Positions 42,600 to 55,649 of a stretch of 64,000 nucleotides of DNA are shown in pieces. Positions within the stretch are counted from its first letter, which is position 1. The number at the start of each line of letters is the position of its first letter. The stretch spans positions 20,956,001 through 21,020,000 of the forward strand of contig OX597835.1 of the NCBI GenBank assembly GCA_951406725.2. Direction: 5' to 3'. The translations under genes and the position numbers were made by a program. Under the pieces are notes generated by a model that saw nothing but the letters and a program-made list of their open reading frames with translations, was not told the DNA's origin and did no database searches. Origin of the DNA: Octopus vulgaris. Taxonomy: Eukaryota.

Positions 42600-42968
42600 A
42601 TAATGGAATTTTTTAAGAAATTTATGTCGACCTTTATTCGAGTAGCATGCGAATTGTGAAAAAATTAATGGTTAATGGACAATATGTCCAATTTTTTTTG
42701 CATTAAGGTACTTTTAATATGCTGGCCATTGATAAGATTTTATGTTGGAAAATAATTTTTTTCCAAAAAAATTTTATCCTACATTAAGATATAAATTTAA
42801 GCGTTCACTTCCGGACTCTTTCACTCTGTGAGAGAATCAGTTCAAATCGCACGTGTCTCGAATGGGCTGGAGTATTTCTATTTTGGATGTATTTGGGGTG
42901 CTCATGACTTAGTGTTTGCTTCTTCCATGAGTATGTGTAAGTATCTCATTTATTTATTTTGCCACATG

Positions 42969-43026
42969 TATCACTGACGAAGGGAGGGCTGTTATAAGCT
43001 AACCCTGAAATCGGTCCGATATGGTA
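42969..43026 (+). ncRNA. Type I hammerhead ribozyme motif, copy 2
   Basis: UAUCA-CUGACGA(42974-80)-AGGG...CCCU-GAAA-UCGG-U-CCGA-UA-UGGUA. All three helices pair; predicted cleavage is after A43021. Confidence 0.8.
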
Positions 43027-43273
43027 ATAATGGAATTTTTTAGAAATTTCTGTCAACCTTTTTTCGAGTAGCGTGCGAATTGTGAAAACATTTTTGGTTA
43101 ATGGACAATATGTCCAATTTTTCGGCATATTTGGCATTAGAATTTTTTTCGTTTGCCCTTATTTATAAATTGTTTATAAATTTAACCTTTAAAGGTATTT
43201 TTTAATATGCTGGCCATTGATAAGATGTTTTTTGGAAAATAATTATTTTCGAAAAATATTTTATCCTACATTA

Positions 43274-43335
<62 letters not shown>

Positions 43336-43835
43336 TACATAGTATATATATGGTTGACCATTTAAGAATTTTAAAAAAATTTGATTTTTGAAATTTGGAA
43401 TAATGGTTATCGAAGCACATAACACACGGTTATAAGGGATAGAACGTAACAATTGAAATGAAATATTTTTTTGCATAGAAAAATCAAAAGCTGCCTGTGC
43501 GACTCGAACTCACATCTCCTATGCCCATGACTTTACATCTTGCAGTACTACAATGTAATTTGCTGACATATGTCTCCATAACATTCCAGTCTTACGCTAA
43601 TCTGTTCATGCCTTGGGATCTTCACTGCCTTCAACATCAACACCTTTTTTTCTTCAGAGTCTGTTGGAAGAATCATTATATTTTGAAGTGTTTGATTTCG
43701 AGAAAGTTTATATTTACCTTCCATCATGTCATTGTGTCATTGGATGGAAATAAAAACATGTGATGCAGAATGTACAAACATTGCTAGCTTTCAAGATTAT
43801 ACGTGTGTGTGTCTGTGTGTGTGTATCTGTGTGCT

Positions 43836-43888
<53 letters not shown>

Positions 43889-43987
43889 GTCTGTATGTAT
43901 ATGTATACATCTGTATCTATCTATATATATATATATATATCTGTCTGTCTCTTTCTCTCTCCCTATATGTATGCATATATATATACA

Positions 43988-44040
<53 letters not shown>

Positions 44041-45442
44041 TCTTCATTTGTGTGTGCATGTATGGAGAATATTTTCTCTCGCTCACTCTCTCCTTCTGTA
44101 TGTACGAGCGTATGTGTGTATATACACGTATATACATATATATATGTGTGTATTTATGTATGTACATAGATATATAGCTTAGTTGCACACAGGCATACAT
44201 ACATACATGTAGGTGTATATACTCTCAAGCAAACATATATAACGTACCTATAGGTGTATCGATGTTTGTATGTATATATTGGTATAGAGTCATACATGAC
44301 AAACGGTACCACACACACGCACATGCATACACTCACACACGCGCGCACACATACATTTATATATGTGTGCGTGCGTATGTCTGAATTGTGTTGTGTGCGT
44401 AATCGAACTGTCGAAAATACGATTTGCATTGATGTGATAGCATTTCGAAGACGAAAAAAAAAGGAAGTCTACTGCACAATGCAAGAAGCGAAGCTCAAGA
44501 CAAGACAAAATGAAAATAAAGTATAAAAGAAAAAATATTTTAAAAAATACTATGTAAATTTTGAATGTGGTTGGAGTTAGAAAATCCACATAGAAATAAA
44601 ATCAAAAAGTAATACGAACGGAAATGTAAACAAAAAAATTTACAAAATTGCGAGTAAGGGAGAATATGTCAAAGAAATTTACAGATGTGTCAAAATTTAG
44701 CAAACTAAATCGAAATGAAGTCTTCGAAATTTATAACATAATGACAATGATAAATTATTAAACCTAAAAATAAAGTTATAACTATAGTTGATATGAATTA
44801 TCTTCGATGTAAACTATGGAACAGTGGAATAAAGCAACAAAGAATAAAACAAATTAAAAGATAATGAATACGAGATGAACACCGAGACGATTGTGTTTTC
44901 ACACTAATTCTGAACATGTTTTAATTGGAGCAATATTAATAAGCTGTGCAAAGGTGAGTGTACAAGTCAGACAATATCAATAAGCGATAAAAAAACAAAA
45001 CAAAAGATGCGTACATCTGTCTGTAGAGAAGAAGTTGGCGAAATCATAATGACATTTTGAGGGGAAGAAATTATAATGTAATACAAATGGACGTAGTAAT
45101 GTACAGAACGTCATTATTATCATAAAAGTCCTTGTTTAATTTTGAAATTCTGTAACATAATATATATGTGCGTATGTTTGTTTTGTGTGTATGCATGCGT
45201 GTGTGTTTGTGTGTGTGTAAAATATACATACACAGAGAGAGATACAGATATGTATATATTCAGATAGATACAGATATATATGTATATATATATTCACATA
45301 TACACACATATACATATACATATTCAGATACACACACGTATACATATATATATATATCTATGTGTTTGTATTTAGTGTGTATACATATGCATATATACGC
45401 GTGTATGCGTGTGGGAGTGAGAGTTAGTTAGTATATGTATGC

Positions 45443-45491
<49 letters not shown>

Positions 45492-45572
45492 TATCAGTTT
45501 CTGCATGCGTGAACGAGATTTATTGTATTCGTAAATATATATGTGGATGTAAAACCATTCCTAAATACAACA

Positions 45573-45676
<104 letters not shown>

Positions 45677-46193
45677 GTGTGTCTTTATATACTTATATAT
45701 GTCTACATATATGGAACTGGTTGTGGTTAGTGTCCCACGTTATTTACTTTTTCATTTTGCGGATGTATTTATCTTAAATTTAGGAATTAATTTTAATTCT
45801 TGCGTGTTTGTGTGTTTAATAAAGTATTGTGAAAGAGGAAGAGAGGTTCCGACCGCAGGAGAAATGTTGTTTAATTGCCATAATTTCTGTCTAGACGGAT
45901 AGTACACTAAAGAGCCGCTGAGATAAATTAATTTGTATATACTCTCAATCCGCCCGCTTGTTGAACGATGACAATCGTCGCATTTGCGGGTTTATTGCAT
46001 AAGTTTTACTATGTATGAAATTATGAGGAAGTGACGAAATTCTAAATTAATTCATAAAATTCCATAACTTTCTATGTAATACGAAATAAATGTCGTTCGC
46101 TCAGCGAAACACACACGTAAACAAATACATAGACACAAACACGCACACGCACATACACACAAAAACACTCACACATACACACACATATGTATG

Positions 46194-46281
<88 letters not shown>

Positions 46282-46286
46282 CATAG

Positions 46287-46332
<46 letters not shown>

Positions 46333-46370
46333 ATATATATAGATATATAGATATATATGTACACACATAG

Positions 46371-46398
<28 letters not shown>

Positions 46399-46401
<3 letters not shown>

Positions 46402-47335
46402 GTGTAATAAATAAAATATATGCATACATACAAACATATATGTACTTACCTACATCTACACGTATATATACATGCATATATAAATAGATATACACGTGAG
46501 TACAGGACACCACAACTAGGCGTAGAACTCAACGAGAAACGAAAACGGAAAAAACATTTTTTTACAACAGAAAAAACAAGTACAGGACATACAAGGAAAA
46601 ATCCCCTATCCTCAGCTGTCACTAGTTCGGCTCCAGTGTGTTTCGAAGGCAAGAAAGGACACGACTCGCTAAACTAGTCCTTCCAGCGAGAGAATTAAAA
46701 TAAAATTGCCTCGCAGAGGGGTAAAGACAAGCAAGAAAAATAAAAAATGTATCACAAACAGGACGTAAAAACGATACAAATAAAACTACAAAATAAAATA
46801 CAAGATAAAAATACATGTACAAGAAAAGACAATACGAGAAATAAAAAGAAAATACAATACGAGAAATAAAAATAAAAATAAACAAGAAAACAAACAAGAA
46901 AACAAACGAAAAGGCCTTTTTTCTGGCTGAGACGAAGGAGATTCTAGCAGCGCATGAGAACACAAATGTGTCTTTATAGTTTGAAAGCCGCGTGTAAAAG
47001 GAAGTAGTTTTGGCTAGCAGTGGCAAAGATGAGGTGGAGTGAGAGAGAGAGAGACAGAGGAAGACAAGTAGCTGAGAGAGAGATGAAGAAGAATGAGAGA
47101 GAGAGAGAGAGAGGGGGAAGGTAAAGCAAAGAGAGAAAGAATTTCGCGTCATAATTATATATAAAACAGTACTTGGAGAATAAGAAACGGAACGAATCGA
47201 ATCGAACCCGACACGAAGGCGCTGTCAAACAATAGTGTAATAAATAAAATATATGCATACATACAAACATATATGTACGTACCTACATCTACATGTATAT
47301 ATACATGCATATATAAATATATATACACGTGAGTA
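46399..47335. mobile_element. Non-coding element with ~104-bp terminal direct repeats, (TA)n-flanked
   Basis: 46399-46502 is repeated at 47232-47335. Part of the repeat also occurs inverted at about 11686-11730, and the interior resembles 62690-63055. Confidence 0.65.
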
Positions 47336-47603
47336 TATACATATATACATACATACACACATATATATACATACATATATACATACATACATACATACAT
47401 ACACACACACATATATTCAAGCTACAAGACCCCTTTGAATGAACAGCACATGCCATCTACGTTTCCACATTTTCTAGTTGTAATGATAAATATCAACTCC
47501 TATCGGAATCTACAAACTATAAACAAGAAGCATTTCTACCAATTCTACACACCACATTCCTTGGAAAATCGAAATTCAACTATAACTTCCTACTTATGAT
47601 TTT

Positions 47604-47991
47604 GTGGAGGCGCAATGGCCCAGTGGTTAAGGCAGCGGACTCGCTGTCATAGGATCGCGGTTTCGATTCCCAGACCGGGCGTTGTGAGTGTTTATTGAGC
47701 GAAAACACCTAAAGCTCCACGAGGCTCCGGCAGGGGATGGTGGTGATCCTTGCGGTATTCTTTCGTCACAACTTTCTCTCACCCTTACTTCCTGATTTCT
47801 GTTGTGCCTGTATTTCAAGGGGCCGGCCTTGTCACTCTCTGTGTCAAGCTGAATATCCCCGAGAACTACGTTAAGGGTACACGTGTCTATGGAGTGCTCA
47901 GCCACTTACACGTTAATTTCACGAGCAGGCTGTTCCGTTGATTCGGATCAACCGGAACCCTCCTCGTCGTAACCGACGGAGTGCTTCCACT
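47604..47991 (+). mobile_element. Full-length tRNA-headed SINE (same family as 8732-9123)
   Basis: High similarity to the reverse complement of 8732-9123. TSD TTATGATTTT at 47594-47603 and 47992-48001. A diverged 3' fragment lies at about 48272-48350 (-). Confidence 0.9.
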
Positions 47992-48421
47992 TTATGATTT
48001 TAACTGTGGAATAAAATACATTCTTTTCTCCAAAACATTCACTATATTTCTGAAACACATTGTAGTTATGATTGCGTTTAACCGGCGGTTAGTGAAAATA
48101 TGTGTCATACGCAGACGTTTGTTTGTAGATAATTATGTTCTTAGCTATTACGATTCCATCAGAATATTCTGTGCGTTACACAGTACTAATAAATCTATTT
48201 AAAGACTAGAAGTTGTCTGGCCGCCGTTTTCGTCTGTAGATGAAGTGAACGAATCTTAGCACTGGGATCCTGTGGCACTCCATCGGTCACGACAATGGGT
48301 TCTAGATGACCCAATTAACGGAACAGCAGCCTCGTGAAATTAACGTGCAAACGATGGCACTGGCGTCAGTGGTGATGGTGGTGACACTGGTGGTGCTAGT
48401 GGCGGTGGTATTGGCATTATA

Positions 48422-49021
48422 AGGCGGCGAGCTGGCAGAAACGTTAGCACGCCGGGTGAAATGCTTAGCAGTATTTCGTCTGCCGTTGCGTTCTGAGTTC
48501 AAATTCCGCCGAGTTCGACTTTGCCTTTTATTCTTTCGGGGTCTATTAAATAAGTACCAGTTACGCACTGGGGTCGATATAATCGACTTAATCCGTTTGT
48601 CTGTCCTTGTTTGTCCTCTCTGTGTTTAGCCCCTTGTGGGTAATAAAGAAATGGGTATTTTGTCTGCCGTTGCGTTCTGAGTTCAAATTCCGCCGAGTTC
48701 GACTTTGCCTTTCATCCTTTCGGGGTCGATTAAATAAGTACCAGTTACGAACTGGGGTCGATGTAATCGACTTAATACCTATGTCTGTCCTTGTTTGTTC
48801 CCTCTGTGTTTAGCCCCTTGTGGATAATAAAGAAATAGGTATTTCGTCTGCCGTTGCGTTCTGAGTTCAAATTCCGCCGAGTTCGACTTTGCCTTTCATC
48901 CTTTCGGGGTCGATTAAATAAGTACCAGTTACGCACTGGGGTCGATATAATCGACTTAATCCGTTTGTCTGTCCTTGTTTGTCCTCTCTGTGTTTAGCTC
49001 CTTGTGGGTAGTAAAGAAATA
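48422..49021 (+). mobile_element. Meta-domain SINE trimer (head plus three 184-bp units)
   Basis: Units start at 48470, 48654 and 48838. 15-bp TSD GGTATTGGCATTATA at 48407-48421 and 49022-49036. Confidence 0.88.
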
Positions 49022-49614
49022 GGTATTGGCATTATAGTTGCTGTTTATACCCAAGGTTACAAACGTTCAAGGAGAACTATGAGGGAGAAAAAAGCATTCC
49101 ATTTTCGACCACCCTGTATTTGCTTCAATGTGCAAAGAGCATAAGATCGCATTACCTGATGCGTACTTTTCTGAGTCAATACGTAATCATGTCAGGGATA
49201 AATCTGGCTGCAATTTCTAGCAGATTGAGGGATGAGGTAGAGACTGCAGAGTTGAAAACAACAAGAATGGATTATGCTGCTGGTAGTGAAGGAATTATTA
49301 ATGAAGTTAGTGATACGATATTGGCAGGGACGTTGGTAGAGGTAGCGGCTGCAGTGATGTTGGTGATGATAGGGGTGGTAGTGGTGGCAGTAGTAGTTAC
49401 AGCAGCAGCAGCAGCCATCCAAGAATTTGGACCTGGAGATCTCCATTTCCAGCGAATTCGAGGGCCACCTCCCAGTGGTGTAGGGCGTCAACGAAGAGCC
49501 CTCGACAACAACAAGACGACCAAAGTTTTTTTTTCTTCAAGATCTGGGGTCTCACCTAATCACCCTTACCCGTCTTGTTGCTTAACAGCAAAGAACAACA
49601 GCAGCAGCAGCAAA

Positions 49615-49690
<76 letters not shown>

Positions 49691-50165
49691 ACAGCAGCAG
49701 CGGTGGGGGTGGGGTGGTGATGGTGGTGCTAGTAGTAGTAGTAGTAGTAGTAGTAGTAATAGTAGTAGTAGTAGTAGTAGTTGTAGTAGTTGTAGTAGTA
49801 GTAGTAGTAGTGATGTTGATTGTGACGGAAGTGGAGCTAAATGCGATGAAGAAGAGGAGACGGATTAGTGGTGGCAATTTTGAGGACGAAGATATTGACG
49901 CTGCTGATTTGATGTTGACAATAGTTGTGGTGATGATGACGACGACGATGATGATGATGATGATAATGATGATGACGATTATGGTATTGGTGGTGGTGGT
50001 GGTGTTGGTGTTACTGCTGCTGCTGCTGCTGCTACAGGCCCAGGCTATCAAAGCAGATAGGATGGTATTACGTCAAAGATTCAGCGAAATTACGATATAT
50101 TTCCACAAATAGAATTCAATAACGAATATACATATATACAAACATACATACATACATATATATAT

Positions 50166-50240
<75 letters not shown>

Positions 50241-50247
50241 GTATATA

Positions 50248-50340
<93 letters not shown>

Positions 50341-50678
50341 TCTATATGTATATAGGCAAGTGAATATATCCATCATCTTTTATTTTTCAAAATTCTAATT
50401 CACAAATCATGAAATTCGTGCGGTTTTATTATTATTTAATAAAGATTTTTTATTATTGTTTATTATTATTATGATTCGTATTTATTCATTTTTCTATATT
50501 TGAAGTTTTTTTTTTCTATATTTGGTTATAATTAATTTGATTCATTTCCAATCTGAACGAAAGGCAAAATAACAGGAAACGCACACACAGCCTCATTTGC
50601 TCACACATGAAACTTCACACAGGCACACACATAAGGGTAGATACCTATATATATACATACACACACACACACACACCC

Positions 50679-50726
<48 letters not shown>

Positions 50727-50745
50727 ATATATATGTATATATATG

Positions 50746-50821
<76 letters not shown>

Positions 50822-50824
50822 TAT

Positions 50825-50871
<47 letters not shown>

Positions 50872-51218
50872 CGTGTGTATATATATAAACACACTTGTAA
50901 AAAATATCATCCTAGTATTAATAGCATTAAGCAAAGAGGAAAATAAATAGAAGATTTCAATGACATCAAATTTGCTAAAATGGTCTTTAGAACGAAAATT
51001 AATTAGAAGATAACAAAATTGTTAAATGAACAATCTCTGTACCTGTCAAATCGAATGATATTTCAATTTGTATGCAATAATTTCATGTATTATATAATGT
51101 AAATGACATCCATATAAATTGAAATTTTAAAATAATCTAGAAAAGGCATATGTATTTTATATGTTTTTCATTAACACATATATATATGTATATAAATATA
51201 TATATAATATATATATAA

Positions 51219-51281
<63 letters not shown>

Positions 51282-51340
51282 TCATATATATATATATGTA
51301 AATATATACGCCTATATATATATATATACATACATAAATA

Positions 51341-51388
<48 letters not shown>

Positions 51389-51430
51389 TGTATGTATGTG
51401 TATGTACATACATAAATGTGTGTAAATTTA

Positions 51431-51476
<46 letters not shown>

Positions 51477-51507
51477 TATACATTGTATACATGTACCTAT
51501 GTAAAAA

Positions 51508-51546
<39 letters not shown>

Positions 51547-51773
51547 CTGGTGTTGTTCCCATTACTGATGCTGGTGTTGTCATTATTTTTAATATCATCA
51601 TCATCATCGCCATCAATATTTATTATTCGTTTTGTCGTTATGAATGTCTTTCGGAATATTAAACTTAATATAATTAAATGTGTGTACGTGTATGCGTGTG
51701 TCTACGAAATTATATATATATATGAAGAGAGAGAGAGAGAGATGGGGAAGAGAGCTCGTGTCTGTGCGTACAT

Positions 51774-51836
<63 letters not shown>

Positions 51837-52022
51837 AATATTTATATATACATATATATTCATGTATATATTCTTTATATACGAATATGTGCCCAGTGGC
51901 ATGTGCGTATATATGTACCACCTTGTTTTGTTGTTCTTCACTTCACATCTTTTTGACAGGCGCATTTCCCAAGGTTTGCTCAGCTATGATTATATTTGTA
52001 TACCTGAACCCATGTCTGCGTT

Positions 52023-52070
<48 letters not shown>

Positions 52071-52074
52071 TACA

Positions 52075-52125
<51 letters not shown>

Positions 52126-53099
52126 CATACATACACATATGTGTGTCTGCGTATATGCCAGCATGTAATCATATTTGTATGTCTACGTGTATGTCTCTGT
52201 GAGTATCTTTGCTTTTCACTTCATTGTATGCATGTATTTGTGCAGACCTTGTATGTTTATATTTGTGAATTCAGCCATTACTGTATGAAGCTGATTTAAA
52301 ACTCCGATATTGCAGCACATTGCTGATTTGAATAAACTAATGATGAGAGACCAGAATATATCTGTCAATCATATCATTCCCCGATGGCTGCTGTCGGTTT
52401 ATTTTAGTCATGTTCCTAGCTTTCTGCCTAGCTTTATATTTGCTGGTAACAAAACGCACTCAAACCTGAGAAGTTCAGAATATTTTCGATAAATGCATTG
52501 GCGTTGCTTTTATTGTTGCTAAGTTTTGATGCTGTTGCCATTTACTGAACGTACCAACCAACAAATTCCATCCCATTCTGGCAATTTTTTCAAAACCAAA
52601 GCCTTAATCTCGGTTAAATAATCCAATTTGTCCTAAGCTTTCTAAACGCATGTGCTTCGAGGGATATTCGGCTGTGTTTGTGTAATCCAATGGGTTAAAC
52701 AAGGAAGTACAGCCTCCATCATTAGATCGTGAACTTTTCACATATCATTTATGTCCTGGTGCCGTCTTTGTTACTTTGAGAGGGAGGAAGAGAGAGAGAG
52801 TGACTGTGTGTGTGTATCCACATAAATACGTGTAGGTGTACTGTCTTTTATATGTATAGGTGCCCAATGGTAAGTGTGTGTGTATGTATCGCCTTGTTTC
52901 TCTGTTTATCCCTTCATATTTTTATTTTGACATGCATATTTCCGATTGTTTGTTTATGTATGCTTATATGTATATTTATATACGTTTATATGCTTATATA
53001 TGTATATTTGTACTCAAGTCTTTATATATATATATATATATATATATTTAAAGTGTGTGAGACAGAGAGAGAGAGAGTGACAGACAGACAGACAGAGGA

Positions 53100-53280
53100 C
53101 CGTTGAAATCTACAGGTTTTTTTCATTCTCTCTCTGCTTATTTTCTCTTATTCCTTTATGTTCAAAAGCCTAGGCTCGAAATGTAAAAGACTTTTTCATT
53201 TTCCCGAGCGTCAAACTAAAACACTTGCTTCTTGTTCATACTACCTGTCTTCGTCTTTTGTTTTGCTATAAATTTCCACT
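53100..53280 (+). mobile_element. Degenerate copy of the 11450 minimal-hammerhead element
   Basis: CCTTTATGTTCAAAAGCCTAGGCTCGAAATGTAAAAGACT...CTACCTGTCTTCGTCTTTTG, then (TA)n. Confidence 0.7.
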
Positions 53281-53411
53281 ATATATATATATACACATAT
53301 AATAATACATATAATAATATTAGGGAGTATAACTCCAAACTTACAGGGGAAATTTCAATTTAGTATTAAATCTATCTATTAAAAATTCAAGTTAGTATTT
53401 TTGGTTGAAAT

Positions 53412-53661
53412 ACACCGAAAAATGGCAACATAGCAGTCAAAAATCGTAAAAAAATAGGGATTTTCATAGAAATGAAGCACCTTTTTGATAGAAATAAATT
53501 TTGGTGTTAACATGGTCCGATTTGAACTTTTTCTTCTACGGAAGGAAGAGCAAGCCTTCTTCTATCATAACTTGTGCCACAGGGTCTCGGAGGAGATAGT
53601 GTTAGTTGAAGGCTACCAAACCTGCCATACACAGACAACTTCAGCTTTATATACAGAGAGA
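53412..53661 (-). mobile_element. Helitron-like 5' end fragment
   Basis: Minus strand starts A|TCTCTCTGTATATAAAGCTGAAGTTGTCTGTG. A similar 5' signature (A|TCTTATTATAATGGGCGTTATGTCCGTCTGTCTG) occurs at 55193 (-). Confidence 0.4.
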
Positions 53662-54536
53662 TTTAGCTTAGATTTGCTATAATAAAACATATAACTTTTA
53701 ATTATGGAATGACCAGATTCGTTTTTCTTTTTTGTTTTTAAATTTTTGTTCTGATATCACTGTATTTTATCACCAGAGGGTATTTTTTCATTGATCATTT
53801 CTTGGACTATTTCCTGCTTTATATTATCATTATCAGGATTTCCACTTTTAGTATATCTTAATTTTCTTCTATCCATTTTCTTCTAATCATTATTTAATTA
53901 TCCCATTTGTACATATTCTTGGTCATTTTTTGTTGGCTAAAATTCTGCCTGTGAAGTTTGGATGTGCCGTTCTCATTTATTTCATTCTTTTATCACATCA
54001 AGTTCTCTTTTTGATTTTGGCGTTCCTAGCATTGTGACATATATTCGTTGGTTGCTTTCTATTTAATATCTGTATTTTGTGATTTTAATTTAGACTGTCT
54101 GTTGAGGTTCTGCAATAAATTTTGATCCGTGTTATTTTCCCTATGAAATTTATAACCTATTGTCGTAAATCTTTCTTTTCTATGGCCAGCGTATCCCTGT
54201 CAAATTTGGATGCGGAATAATAAAGTATCCTTGTGATATTTCAAAGCCTTTTATATTTTATTTGAGTGACGGAGGAGTTCAAGTTTTGCTTTACATCAAC
54301 AATATTTTTCTGAGTTTGTCCAATATACAATTATTTGTACGCTTTTTACACAATAAATTCAGAACAGACCATCTTCTATCAATGATATTCATCGCTCTGA
54401 ATGATACTATTTGCATTTAAATTATTAGCCATTTAACATGTGGCTGTGGGGTCACGGATCATTTTGGTGTCGAATGCACCGAGTTAGTATAACTTTACTA
54501 TTATCATCATCATCACCGTTATTATTATTATTGTTA

Positions 54537-54905
<369 letters not shown>

Positions 54906-54907
54906 AC

Positions 54908-54981
<74 letters not shown>

Positions 54982-55649
54982 GTGGGGCTGGAGAGATCCA
55001 GAGTTAATCATCGTTGTCGGGATTTTAGCAAAAGAATCAAAGATAATTTATTAATATCCACTAAATGATCATACTTTTTCTGATGTTTTTTTCGCTAAAT
55101 TCCTAATCCCGAAAAATATTGTGACCATTGGTCCTGCCGTTTGACCGGGAAGAAGGAACAGACAGACGGACATAACGCCCATTATAATAAGATAATATAA
55201 TACATTTAGCATTATCTAAATATTTCTACATTATTGCTCCATTCCTCTTTAATATTATAATATTATTTCTTATAAATCCTGGTATGGTAACTTTTATGTT
55301 TGTGTAAAAATGCTTACGTTCATATCAACCAGCTAAAATATTTCCTATCTACCATTTTCTCACATGATGAAGAGAGAAAAAAATAGGGAAGAATCCAGGA
55401 TCCTGGAAAAAACAAATTCTTACCAGAATTGCCTGAAAGAAAAAATTAAATATTCATAGGTTTATCACAAAAAAAAAAAAAAAAATAGAAAATGGGAATG
55501 AAGACCAAGTAGCAAAATTCCCACAAGACATTCACCCATCAAGCAACGAATCAACAGTCGAAGCCGCTACCATGTCAACAAAAACGAAAAAACATTTAAG
55601 GAGAAAAAGCATCAGAAGAAGGAACCTAGCATTTCCTTTTTTCATCATT

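Larger units (their letters stand above)
42521..43277 (+). mobile_element. Retrozyme/Penelope-pLTR-like element: two direct repeats, each with a hammerhead, ~150-bp spacer, (TA)n flanks
   Basis: Repeats at 42521-42793 and 42948-43277; hammerhead cores are 427 bp apart. Confidence 0.8.

Noticed and set aside
49120-50112. 330-aa ORF, the longest in the window
   Set aside because: Mostly (GTA)n/(GCA)n/(GAT)n-derived poly-V/S/M, with no recognisable domain.
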